Below are positions 8,647-19,997 of a stretch of 64,000 bases of DNA, one piece after another. Both the position numbers and the translations under genes were made by a program. The stretch comes from Nitrospirota bacterium (GTDB taxonomy: Bacteria; Nitrospirota; UBA9217), in assembly GCA_963749655.1 (NCBI GenBank), contig CAVVOB010000022.1, positions 149,398 through 213,397 on the forward strand, read 5' to 3'. Each line of letters begins with the position of its first letter. Position 1 is the stretch's first letter. The notes below the pieces were generated by a model that was not told the DNA's origin, searched no databases, and saw only the letters and a list, made by a program, of their open reading frames with translations.

Positions 8647-10097
8647 TCAACGAAGAACTTCCACGTAGACTGGGTTTGTGTTGAGCGTGATCGTTGCGCT
8701 GTTGTTCTTTACCGGCAGCAACGTGACCGTGAAGGCCGTTGAATAGCTTTCGACGTTTGCCCCCGAGGATTGAAAAGGCACTGCCTCGGTTATCCTGAAA
8801 CTTGTCCCTTGCAGGTCGGCAAGGATGGTCTGCTTCGTCATACCCGGCGTATAGCCGGGATCGCGCAGATAGTCCCACCATGCAGTGTACACGCTCCCTC
8901 CATTCTTGGTAAACCGGTAGACGCGGACGTTGTCTGAATCCTGCTCGGCCCGGATGGTTTTCCAGTCGCAGTCTTTCAGCATCTCGGCCATCTTTTTGTA
9001 GGAATAGTACGCAAGTTTCCTGTGAGAGTACCCATCGGCGTTTTCAGGATTGTTGACCAACCCGACATTATCGAAGTAGCCGTTCACAATGCCGCCTGCA
9101 TCATGCGACTCGTAGGCCTGCGCCCAGAAGATCTTCTCGACGCCCGCGGCCAGGGCATAGACATATCGTTTGATCACGGCAGCAGCGTGATAGGCCTCGG
9201 TATGGGCCGTGTATCCTTCGGGGCTGTCGCTGTAATCGGACATTTCGGTGATGTAAAGGGGGACGGTTCCGTAGCCGATATTGTCGAGCCCGGTCCTGAT
9301 GTCCGCAAGGAACGGCAGAAGGCCGTAGGTCCCGGACGGAAGGTTTATCACATCGTAATCGTCGTCTCCGGCGAACTGCCCTGACCAGTGCAGGTCGAAG
9401 ACATCGAAATACCGGTCTTCTGCACTGTCCCTGATTCTGTCCAGTTCGGCCAGCATCGGCTATGTAGAAACCGGCGAGTCCCGCAGGGGTAGCAACGCCT
9501 GCCATGGCGACCTTCATGCCCGGAGCAGTCTGTTTAATGGCCTGATAGGAAAGCTTGAGCAGGAGGGCGTAATTCTCCGGTGTGTCCTGCCAGAACGCGG
9601 CGTTGTCTGCCTCGTTTTCGATCTGCACGACGTCTATCATTGGAGAACCGGGAGCATCTTCAGCGCCGTCGCCGTCATAGCGCTCGACCGCTCTCCTGAG
9701 GAACTCGAGGTATCGGCCCATATCTTTCGGCAGGCCTCCGGAGCCCGGCTGTGTGCCTTCCAGCCTGTTTTGCGCTTTCACTCCGACGAACAGCTTGATC
9801 CCGGCGGCTGCTCCGGCGCCGATGACTTCGTCCGAAGCGGTCCAGTCATAGACGCCTCCTTGCTGTTTCGATTTGGTCCCAGATGAGGCTGCCGTAGGAC
9901 GATATCCGAGCAGTTGTCGCGCCGGTCTCATGCATGATCCCGGCCTCGTCAACGACTTGATTCTCGAATCTCACCTCGTGTATGCCGAAGGGAGTGCTTG
10001 ACGGAGAGGAGCTCGGTCCTGATACGACGTCGCAGGCTGCAAGAAACGATGCGCTCAGGACAGATACGGCAAAGAGGAACCATATTCCTTTTGACAT
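8647..10097 (-). CDS. Lipoprotein glycoside hydrolase (GH-A clan, GH39-like), two frameshifts
   Basis: Lipobox FLAAC; YDWTASDEVI; VERYDGDG; QIENE (acid/base); DLHW; PLYITEMS (nucleophile). Three overlapping ORFs join into one gene. Confidence 0.7.
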
Positions 10098-10380
10098 TTG
10101 CTGAACCCCCGTTTGAGGAATTTCACCATCGGTGAGGCCGGAATAGTATACTACATCTGTCGTTGAGACACGACTTGTTGAACAAAGTTGAATAAGCGGG
10201 TGGAGGTAGCTTTACTGGTCCTCGTCTGCAGCCTGAACCGCCCGTTAAGCAATCTGCAAGATTGAACCAGCACAATATAACCGGCCGCACTCGTGAATTT
10301 ACAGAACGGTATGTTCTCCTGTCCCTGAAGGAATCGCCCCATCCGCTTCTGCTATAATAATTACACAAAGGGGGTGCCCA

Positions 10381-10965
10381 GTGAAAAAGACCGCGTTCGT
10401 GCTGCTCCTCATGCTTCTTGCCGCTCCCGGCATTGCCGATGAAAAGCGCCACTCCGTTCCTCTCGACGACTCACCGTCCATCGGCCCAGCAACCGCTCCT
10501 GTCACCATCATCGAATTCCTCGACTTCCAATGACCGCACTGCGTGGCGGCCGGTCCGACCGTCAGGAAGATCATGGACGTCTATAAAGGAAAAGTACGGC
10601 TCGTTATCAAGAACTATCCCTACATCTATCGCGATTACTCCCATGTCGCTGCAGAAGCGTCGCTCGATGCGCGCGACCAGGGCAAATACTGGGAAATGCA
10701 CGACCTCCTGCTGAAGCGGTCTCCCAAGCTCGACCGGACGAGCCTCATTGCCTACGCGAAGGAATTGGGCCTTGACGTAAAAAAATTCACCGAGTCTCTG
10801 GACGGGAAAAAACACGCGTCAGAGATCGAGCGGGACAAGAAGCTGGCAACGGATATGGACCTTTACAACACGCCGACGTTCTTCATCAACGGAAGAAAGG
10901 TCGTCGGCGAGCGGCCCTTTTCGTATTTCAAGAAGATCCTTGATGAAGAGCTGATGAAAAAATAA
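10381..10965 (+). CDS. DsbA/thioredoxin-fold oxidoreductase, probable selenoprotein (UPHC)
   Basis: GTG 10381, signal peptide, SIGPATAPVTIIEFLDFQ-TGA(10531-10533)-PHC, continuing in frame to TPTFFING. SECIS-like hairpin follows. Confidence 0.85.
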
Positions 10966-11157
10966 TGCGGAACATTGAATGAGAATTCGGAATGCGGAAT
11001 TAACGTAAGCTGCAATGCGTAATTCACGATTTAAAGTGGATCGCCTACTACGTACTTTGCATTTCACAATCGAAATAATACATCTCCATAAATCTGTTGG
11101 CAGTAGTGCCTTTATTCCGCATTCTGAATCCATTCCGCATTTTGAAAAGGAGGCATC

Positions 11158-12217
11158 ATGATCAGGTCCTATTTGCTCGCATCGGCTGCGTTCATTGTCA
11201 TGGTAACGTCGACAGTTTTGGTCGGCCAGCTACAGCCCTTCACCTCGGTTCCCGTTCCGGCGCAGAACCCTCAGACCGCTGAAAAGATCGAGCTCGGCAA
11301 GCAGCTGTTCTTCGACCGCAGGCTTTCAGGTGACGGGACCATGAGCTGCGCCACGTGCCATGACCCGGAAAAGGCCTTTACCGACGGACAGGACATCTCG
11401 CTCAGTTATCCCACGACGAAGAACTGGCGCAACTCTCCGACGCTCATCAACGTTGCGTTCCAGAAATACCTGTTCCACGACGGCCGCGCCGCGAGCCTGG
11501 AAGAGCAGGCGCTCTTTCCCATGATGTCGGCCTTTGAGATGAACCGGAACCTCGATTTCATGGAGGAAGTGATCCGGTCGGTGCCGGAGTACGTATCTTC
11601 CTTTCAGAAGATTTTCGGCGGAGAGCCGACGCGCGAGCGCATTGCCATGGCCATCTGCCAGCTTCGAACGGACGATTACCTCTCGGGAACACGCCGCTTG
11701 ACCGGTACCTGAAGGGGATCGAGACGGCGCTGTCCGACGATGCAGAAGGAGGGCTCGCAGTCTTCAAGGGAAAAGGCAGGTGCACGGAGTGCCACTTCGG
11801 CGTGAACCTGTCCGATGATGCTTTTTACGCCCTGAACGTGCCCGAGAATCCCGAGCACTTGTCCGATCCGCGCATCGCTGCAACGAGGCGGTTCGTGGCA
11901 AAGGTGTATCATTACGAGGATTACCGGAACCTTGCCGAGGACCCGGGCCGGTATCTGATCACGAAAGAAAAGAAGGACTGGAAGGCTTTCAGGACCCCGA
12001 CCCTGCGGGAGATCGCGAAGACAGGCCCCTACATGCACAACGGGATCTTTGCGACCCTTGATGAAGTGATCGAATTTTTCGACAAGGGCGGGGGCAGGGG
12101 AATACGGCGCTCAAACCACTCGGCCTCACACCCCGGGAAAAGAAGCAGCTCAAGAAGTTCCTGATCGAGGCTCTGTCCGGACCGGAGGCAGAATTCAAAT
12201 ATCCGAAGGTGCCATAG
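11158..12217 (+). CDS. Diheme cytochrome c peroxidase/MauG superfamily protein, frameshifted
   Basis: LGKQLFFDRRLSGD, CATCH, RNSPT, second heme CTECH, FRTPTLREIAKTGPYMHNG. Pieces lie in three frames. Confidence 0.85.
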
Positions 12218-12419
12218 GAAAGGCGGAAGGTCAGGAGTGAGGAGGAGGAGTGAGGAGTCAGAAGGCAGCTGACAGCCTTGCACGACAGGGTATATATAAT
12301 AGTGTAAGATGTTCACTTAAAAGCAAAGGCTGTCTAACCGCAGAGGTCGCAGAAAAAAGCAGAAAAAAAGAACGGCAGCAGATTTGAATAAGAGGGCTGG
12401 GTCCCAGGGGGGGATGACC

Positions 12420-13178
12420 ATGAACGCACTGATCGAAGATATCGTTGCCAGGAAGCCCCATCTCGCTGATCCTTTCCGGTTCTACGGGAAAGCCCTCCGT
12501 TTCAACAGCGACATCCAGGACCTCAAGCTCCCGTATCGTCCTGATCTGCATGCCTATCCTTCCGAGTACGCTGCCCGGATCATGGAGCGCTTCGCTGCAG
12601 CGCTCGAACTTCCCGCGGGGAACCTGTCCCCTCTGCAGCAGGCGCTTGAAGTGGGCGATCTGGACTTTACCAGGCTTCCCCTGCGCGAGGTGCCGTCATT
12701 TTCACTTCCCTATGCCGAGGATGACCTGACGATCCTGCTCTTCCTCATGAGCAGGCCTTATTTTCTCGGGCTGCGGGAAAAGGGCCGGATCGACAACCTG
12801 ACATGGGACGACGGAAAATGTCCCCTCTGCAGCGGCCAGCCGTCGCTTTCGTCCCGTGATGGAGAAAGGCTTCGTCTGCACTGCTCGTTCTGCGGCAGCA
12901 CGGGGCGCTTCCCTGCGGGGCACTGTCCTCTTTGTCTTACGACCGAACCGAAGAACCTGCAGTCTCTCACGTTTGCAGGAGAAGAAGATTATTCCATCCA
13001 GACCTGTGATGCCTGCCGGACCTACTTGAAAATCACCGCTTCCTCCCGTGCCGCATCCCTGCCTCCGGACCTTGCGGACCTCGAAAGTCTGCCCCTCGAT
13101 ATCGTGCTGCAGCAGAAAGGGTACAGCCGTCGTTCTCCCAACCCCATCGGCATGCTCCGGATGGCGGTGAGCGGCTGA
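12420..13178 (+). CDS. fdhE: Formate dehydrogenase accessory protein FdhE-like
   Basis: Four CxxC motifs (CPLC, CSFC, CPLC, CDAC), RTYLK, DLESLPLD...KGY. Confidence 0.8.
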   Translation: MNALIEDIVARKPHLADPFRFYGKALRFNSDIQDLKLPYRPDLHAYPSEYAARIMERFAAALELPAGNLSPLQQALEVGDLDFTRLPLREVPSFSLPYAEDDLTILLFLMSRPYFLGLREKGRIDNLTWDDGKCPLCSGQPSLSSRDGERLRLHCSFCGSTGRFPAGHCPLCLTTEPKNLQSLTFAGEEDYSIQTCDACRTYLKITASSRAASLPPDLADLESLPLDIVLQQKGYSRRSPNPIGMLRMAVSG

Positions 13179-13363
13179 AGCACGCTCACTCCCCGGACAG
13201 CCACAGGTAAATTATCGTAGTCCGTCATCCCCGAAGGATTGTGTCGGGGATCCAGAGGTTTTTCTTGTACTCTCTAACGAATTTCAAATTATGTCTGGAA
13301 TAAGAGAAATGCGCGTGCTCGGTGTTCTGCTGTGGGAGGAAAGGGAGGGAAACACTCCACCGG

Positions 13364-14809
13364 TCATCCGCCGGCTTTCTTGATCGCTTCCTTGATCTTG
13401 TCCGAATCGGGCTTGAGCTGCAGGGCTTTGCGGAGCGCCGCGAGCGCCTTGGCCTTGAGACCGGTCCGGGAGTAGAAATTCCCGAGCTCCAGGTGATAAT
13501 CGATCTTGGACGGCGCCATTTCAATTGACTTCAGATAGTATTCCTCGGCCTCGTGGCCCCTCCGCGGAATGCGGGAGAGGTTCAGTCCGCGGCGAAAGAC
13601 ATACTCGGCATTTCCCGGGTCGAGACGCATTGCCCACTGGAAAGCCTCGTCAGCGCCCCAGAAGTTGTTCTGGTTGAACCGTTTTATCCCCTCGTTGAAC
13701 TGTACGATCGCCGCGTCCTTGTTGTCCGTCTTTTTGGCCTGCTGCCGGTCCTGCGCCGGCCGGTGCTTTATCTTGCCCTGTACGAGGTCGGTCGTGTACT
13801 TGGTCCGCTTTTCCGGCGAGCTGAGCGTTTCGTAGGCCTCGTGGATCCGGTTGAACAGGGTCTCGAGCACTTCCTTCATATCGCTCATCTCGGGGTCGAA
13901 GTGGCGGTCGGGATGGTACATCTTGGCAACTTTGAAGTACGCTTTCTTGATCTCCTGCGGGGTTGCCCCGCGGCCGATATCGAGCACCTCGTAGTAGTCC
14001 TGGCTGTCGACCTGCTCGAAGGCGCGCTGGATCATCTCCTTGGTGACTACCACCGGCGCGGCTTCGGCCTCTGCTTTTACCGTCGGGGCTTCTTCGGCCT
14101 TGATCTGCCCCTGCTCCACCATGCGGAGCGCGATCAGCACGTAGAGGGCCTTGAGGGTGTTGAAGTCGCCGATGCCGGACTGGAGGCAGATGTCCTGGAT
14201 GGTCTTGCGTCCGTCGATCAGGTCAAGGACCGTCCGCTGATCCGCATCGAGATGGGCGCTCTGGAACAGGAGCTTGGGGTCCGTCGTCGGCCGGAGCACG
14301 GCGCTGAGCGGAGGAAGCGACTTGCGCACGCCCTTCCAGTCCAGCTCCCGCACGCCGCTGATGATGATGTCTCCGGTGCTCATCTGGAGGGGGATGATGT
14401 CGGAGACCGGAAGATTGCCTTTGTCGACAGCGTACTTCCCGTCGCGCCAGGTGAACAGGTGGAGCAGGATTTCCCTGACCTGCAGCTTGACCTCGGCGAC
14501 CAGGTCGTGCGCGGAGATTACTTTCAGTTCAAACAGGACCGCTCCCAGTTTTTTACCCGTCTTCACGACAATTTCCGAGCATTTGTCGAACTGCTCCCGG
14601 GAGATCTTCCCCTTTTTGAGCAGATACTCTCCCAGCCGGTCTTCATCCCTGTTCGATGAAGCGAAAATGATGTCGCCGTCCTTCAGGTATGCCTTCTTGA
14701 CATCCTTGTCGAGGCTGAACGTCACCGTGCCTGTCAGTTTGTTGATCCGAAGGTCCTGGAACAGCCAGGGAATGGTCAGATCCTTGATGTCACCGGTCGG
14801 CGTGATCAA
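13364..14809 (-). CDS. DUF4388 + DnaJ (J-domain) + TPR protein
   Basis: N-terminal GDIKDLTIPWLFQ...RLGEYLL; DYYEVL...YHPDR; C-terminal TPRs. Confidence 0.85.
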   Translation of the reverse strand: MITPTGDIKDLTIPWLFQDLRINKLTGTVTFSLDKDVKKAYLKDGDIIFASSNRDEDRLGEYLLKKGKISREQFDKCSEIVVKTGKKLGAVLFELKVISAHDLVAEVKLQVREILLHLFTWRDGKYAVDKGNLPVSDIIPLQMSTGDIIISGVRELDWKGVRKSLPPLSAVLRPTTDPKLLFQSAHLDADQRTVLDLIDGRKTIQDICLQSGIGDFNTLKALYVLIALRMVEQGQIKAEEAPTVKAEAEAAPVVVTKEMIQRAFEQVDSQDYYEVLDIGRGATPQEIKKAYFKVAKMYHPDRHFDPEMSDMKEVLETLFNRIHEAYETLSSPEKRTKYTTDLVQGKIKHRPAQDRQQAKKTDNKDAAIVQFNEGIKRFNQNNFWGADEAFQWAMRLDPGNAEYVFRRGLNLSRIPRRGHEAEEYYLKSIEMAPSKIDYHLELGNFYSRTGLKAKALAALRKALQLKPDSDKIKEAIKKAGG

Positions 14810-15046
14810 TCTTTATCCTCGGGGGAGCGTAGCAGTCTGTTGCGGAATTATTATAGCGTTTTTTACCCCTCTCTGCACCTGTTTTCGAAAAAAATTCCCG
14901 CCCCGGCCCGGCGAGGACAGGGGCCAGCGCAAGAGGGTTGACTATCAATGCCGATGTTACTATAATGAATTTCATCTCACCCTCTCCACCTATCGTCCCT
15001 TACAGCTGAATGGAGGACCGTACCTGCGCTGTCTCAGGTAAGCATT

Positions 15047-18000
15047 ATGCATAAAGAACTCTTCCTCGGCATCGATGTCGGATCTGTAACCATCAAGACG
15101 GCCGTTCTCGATGGAGAAAAAAAACTGTTGGCCGATTCCTACGTCAGGATCAAGGGCGACCCGATCGATACCCTCCATACGTCTGCTCGAGCAGCTCTCA
15201 CGGCAGTTTCCCGAACAGGCCGTCAAGGCCGCCTGCATCACCGGCAGCGGCGCCAAACAGGCGGCCGAACCTCTCGGCGCTCTGTTCGTCAACGAGATCC
15301 TCGCCCAGTCCGCCTTCGCCGGCCGCTACCATCCCGGCGCGCGGACCGTCATCGAGATGGGCGGCGAGGACGCCAAGCTGATCACCCTTGCGCGCGATGA
15401 AGCTTCCGGCGGCGTCAAGATCGAGGACTTTTCCATGAACGCGGCCTGCGCCGCGGGCACGGGGTCCTTCCTGGACCAGCAGGCCAGCCGGCTGCACCTG
15501 ACGATCGAGGAGTTCAGCGACATCGCCCTCAAGTCCAAAACGCCTCCGCGCGTGGCGGGCAGGTGCAGCGTCTTCGCCAAGAGCGACATGATCCATCTGC
15601 AGCAGATCGCGACGCCGGATTTCGACATCGTGGCAGGTTTGTGCTATGCCATGGCGAGAAATTTCAAGGCCACGGTAGGCAAGGGGAAGAAGTTCCCCAC
15701 GCCGCTCCTGTTCCTCGGCGGCGTCGCGGCGAACCTCGGCATGCGCCGGGCGTTCCGCGATGTGCTGAAGCTGCAGGAGCACGAGATGGCCGTGCCGGAC
15801 CACTTCAACACCTCCGGCGCCGTCGGTTCGGCGCTCCTTGCCGTTGAGAACAGAACGACTGCTCCCGCGTTCCGGGGTCATGCCGCGCTGGCGGCCGCAG
15901 CATCGGCAATGAAGCAGGCCCCGAGCGGTATGAACCCGCTCTCCCTGCCGCGAGGGATCATGCCGAACCCGGACCAGGATGCATCAACGGGCACGGGCAG
16001 CCTCATCGAGGCCTATCTCGGCGTGGACGTCGGCTCGGTGTCCACCAACGTCGTCGTTCTCGACAAGAGCGGCCGCGTCCTGTCCAAGCGCTACCTTCCC
16101 ACGGCAGGCAGGCCGATCGAAGCGGTGAAGCAGGGCCTCGCCGAGGTGGGCGAGGAAGTCGGCTCCCGGGTCACGATCCTCGGCGCGGGCACCACGGGCT
16201 CCGGCCGGTACCTGACCGGCGATATGATCGGCGCGGACGTGGTCAGGAACGAGATCACGGCGCAGGCCACGGCCGCAGCCGCCATCGATCCGTTGGTGGA
16301 CACGATCTTCGAGATCGGCGGACAGGACTCGAAGTTCATCAGCCTGAGCGACGGCGCGGTGGTGGACTTCGAGATGAACAAGGCCTGCGCCGCCGGCACG
16401 GGCTCGTTCCTCGAGGAGCAGGCCGAACGGCTCGGCATCCGGATCAAGCAGGAGTTCGAGAGCAAGGCGCTCTGCGCCTCGTCGCCCTGCAGGTTCGGCG
16501 AGCGCTGCACGGTCTTCATGGAGTCCGATCTTGTCCATTCGATGAACACGGGCTCCGGCGTCGAGGAACTCACCGCCGGACTCGCCTACTCCATCGCTTA
16601 CAATTACCTGAACAAGGTGGTGGCGGGCAAGAAGGTCGGCGAGCCGCATATTTTTCCAGGGCGGCGTGGCCGCGAACAAGGCCGTCGTGTCCGCCTTCGA
16701 GCAGATCACGGGCAAGCCCATCACGGTGCCGCCGCACCACGAGGTGACCGGCGCGATCGGCGCCGCCCTTCTCGCCATGCGCGGAACCGCGGGCGCCAGC
16801 TCGTTCAAGGGCTTCGACCTGAGCAAACGCGCCTACGCCGTCACGACCTTCGAATGCGCGGAATGCGCGAACCGCTGCGACATCCGGCGGGTGAGCTTCG
16901 ACGGCGAGAAGCCGCTCTTCTACGGAAGCCGCTGCGAAAAATACGACGTCAAGAAAAAGACGCGGACGGACGCGCTTCCCGACCTGTTCGCGGAGCGGGA
17001 ACAGCTGCTCCTTTCCGCCGCGCCCCTGCGGGAGCCGGAAAAGGGGGCGAAGACGATCGGCATCCCCCGCGTGCTCTATGTGAACGATTTTCTGCCCTTC
17101 TGGCAGACCTTTTTCAGCGAACTGGGGTACCGCGTCGTGCTGTCGGAGCGCACCAATCGTCCGCTGATCAATCGTTCGCTCGAAGCAACCGTTGCCGAGA
17201 CCTGCTTCCCGGCAAAAGTGGGGCTGGGGCATGTGCTCGACCTCGTGGACAAGAAAGTCGATGTCCTTTTCCTCCCGAGCTTCATCCGGTTCCCCGTGGC
17301 GCACGAACAGGCAAAGAACGCACAGGCCTGCCCCTATGCCCAGGCGTTTCCCTACATCGCGAAGGCGGCCCTCAAGTTCGGCGACGTGAAAACCCTGGAA
17401 CCCGTTCTGTTCCTGCACGACGACCGTCAGTTCAGCAAGAGCATGATGGGCATCGGAACGGCGCTCGGCAAAGGCAGGACTGCGGTGTCGCGGGCCCAGC
17501 GGATGGCATCGCAGGCGCAGCAGAACTTCCAGCATGCCGTGGACAAGCGCGGCAGGGAGGTACTGTCGGCGGTGACGGCAAAAGAGCAGGCGATCGTGCT
17601 CGTCGGCAGGAGCTATAATACCTGCGATACCGGCGTGAACATGAACCTTCCCGCGAAGATCCGCGACCTCGGCGTGCAGGCAATTCCCATGGATTTTCTG
17701 CCCCTTCATGACGTCGATCTTTCGGACCAGGAGCATATGTACTGGCGATCGGGCCAGAAGATCATCGCCGCCGCCCGCGTAGCCAGGGACCATCCCGGGC
17801 TGTCTCCGGTGTACATCACCAACTTCGGGTGCGGCCCCGACTCCTTCATCACCCACTTCTTCCGCCAGGAGATGGGCGCGCGGCCGTTCCTACAGCTCGA
17901 GATCGACGAGCACAGCGCCGATGCGGGCGCCATCACGCGGATCGAGGCGTTCCTGGACAGCCTCAGGAACGTGAAGGACGACGGCCCGGTCCGCTCCGCC

Positions 18001-19224
18001 CCCGCCCGCGCACGCCGGGACAAGGGTTCCCTCCATGAGAAGACCGTCTATCTGCCGCCCATGACGGACCATGCCCACGCCCTGGCAGCCGCGTTCCGCG
18101 CCTGCGGCGTCGAGGCCGAAGTTCTGCCTGAATCGGACGACGAGACCATGCGCCTCGGCCGGGAGCACAGCTCGGGCCGCGAGTGCTACCCCCTCGCGCT
18201 CACCACCGGAGACATGATAAAGGTCCTACGGCGGCCCGGGTTCGATCCGGCAAAGAGCGCGTTTTTCATGCCTACGGGCAAGGGCCCCTGCAGGTTCGGC
18301 CAGTACAATCGCTACCACCGGCAGGTGCTCGACAAGCTGGGCTTCGAGGACGTCGAGATCATGGCGCCCATGCAGGATGAATCGCTCCATGACGACGTGC
18401 GGGCGCTGGACAAGAACTTCGTCCTCATGAGCTGGCGGGGAGTGTTCGCCGTGGACATGCTCCAGAAGGCGCTCTGGGAGACCCGGCCCTACGAAAAGCA
18501 CAAGGGCCAGGCGGACCGCGTGTACCAGAAGTCGCTCGATGCCGTCGTCTCGGCCATTGAAAAAAGGAAGGACCTCCTGCCCGTGCTGCGGGACGTGTAC
18601 GATGATTTCATGGCCGTCGAGACAGGCGAGCGCACCAAACCCGTCGTCGGCGTGGTGGGAGAGATCTACATCCGCTCCAACCGTTTCAGCAATGAGGATG
18701 TCGTGCGCCGCATCGAGGAACTGGGCGGCGAAGCCTGGGTCGCTCCCATCTCCGAATGGCTGCTCTACGTCAACACAACGGCCAAGATGTCGGCCCTCAT
18801 GAACCGTTCCTGGAAAGACCTGTTCAAGGCCTACCTGACCGCCCATGTCCAGCACAAGGACGAGCAGCGGTTCCTCTCGAGCTTCAACGGCACGCTCCGG
18901 AGCCTTCACGAGCCGAGCATCGACAAGACCCTGAAAACGGCCCGGCCCTACATCCATCATTCCTTCGAAGGGGAGGCCGTTTTGTCCGTAGGAAAGGCCA
19001 TCGACTACATCAACCGGGGCGCGTCCGGCATCGTGAACGTCATGCCCTTCACCTGCATGCCCGGCACGATCGCGACGGCGGTGCTCAAGCGCGTGCGCGA
19101 AGACCACCACAACATTCCCATCCTGAACCTCGCTTATGAAGGCCAGGGCGACTCCCAGACACTGACCAGGCTCGAAGCGTTCATGCACCAGGCAAAGACG
19201 TTCAAACGGCCGAAGAAGGCGTGA
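15047..19224 (+). CDS. Multidomain CoA-substrate-specific enzyme activase (two BadF/BcrA-type ATPase domains, DUF2229, dehydratase-like region), frameshifts near 15180 and 16645
   Basis: GIDVGS and GVDVGS; EMGGED and EIGGQD; twice CAAGTGSFL; RCSVF and RCTVF; CAECANRC; NFGCGPD; ECYP; PFTCMPG. Confidence 0.9.
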
Positions 19225-19422
19225 GGCTGCCGTAAAGCGAAAACCTTTTTTTACCGCAGAGAACGCAGAGAAAGTCAAAGACACCATTAGTCCCGCAGGC
19301 GCTGCGGAGATCACCGGGGTGGACGAATTCATGGTATTCTGCATGAGCTCTGTACGGCCGGTGAGACGGATTTCGTTCAGTATTTCTAGACACAACCCGT
19401 GTACCGTGAACCATGAGGAGCC

Positions 19423-19941
19423 ATGAGCGTACTGATCGGCAGGGAAATCGAGAAAGCATTACAGAAGAAGCTGATCGTCATCGAGCCGCTCGACAAGTCG
19501 CAGATCGGACCCGGCTCGATCGACCTTACGCTGGGGAACGATTTCAGGATCTTTAAAAAGCGGTCGAAGATCTATCACGTAAAGAATGATTCCCTGTTCC
19601 AGGACATAACCCGGGACATCCACGTCAAGGACGGCGATTATGTGACGATCAAGCCGGGCGAAATGATCCTGGGGATCACGAAGGAAAAGATCACGCTTGC
19701 CGACAACATCTCCGGCCGGCTGGAGGGCAGAAGCCGGTTTGCGAGGTTCGGGCTGGCCGTTCACGTCACCGCCGGCTTCATGCATCCCGGCATTGCCAAC
19801 CACCAGGTCCTGGAGATCGTGAATCTGGGGCACGCGCCGCTGGCCTTGTATCCCGGCACCAGGATCTGCCAGTTCATTTTTGAAAAGTGCGACGGCCACG
19901 CCAGATATCAGGGGAGATTCGTCAAGCAGGTGAAGCCGTAA
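19423..19941 (+). CDS. dcd: dCTP deaminase
   Basis: QIGPGSIDLTLG, EGRSRFARFG, TAGF, LEIVNLG, RICQFIF. Confidence 0.9.
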   Translation: MSVLIGREIEKALQKKLIVIEPLDKSQIGPGSIDLTLGNDFRIFKKRSKIYHVKNDSLFQDITRDIHVKDGDYVTIKPGEMILGITKEKITLADNISGRLEGRSRFARFGLAVHVTAGFMHPGIANHQVLEIVNLGHAPLALYPGTRICQFIFEKCDGHARYQGRFVKQVKP

Positions 19942-19997
19942 GCGGGCGCGGACCGCGTCCTGATGAAATGCCCGGTCCTTCGTCACAGCCGTAATCC

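Noticed and set aside
13223-13256. GTCATCCCCGA...TCGGGGATCCAG hairpin (similar one near 22296-22321) as an ncRNA
   Set aside because: It looks like a common REP-like palindrome between convergent genes, with no further structure.
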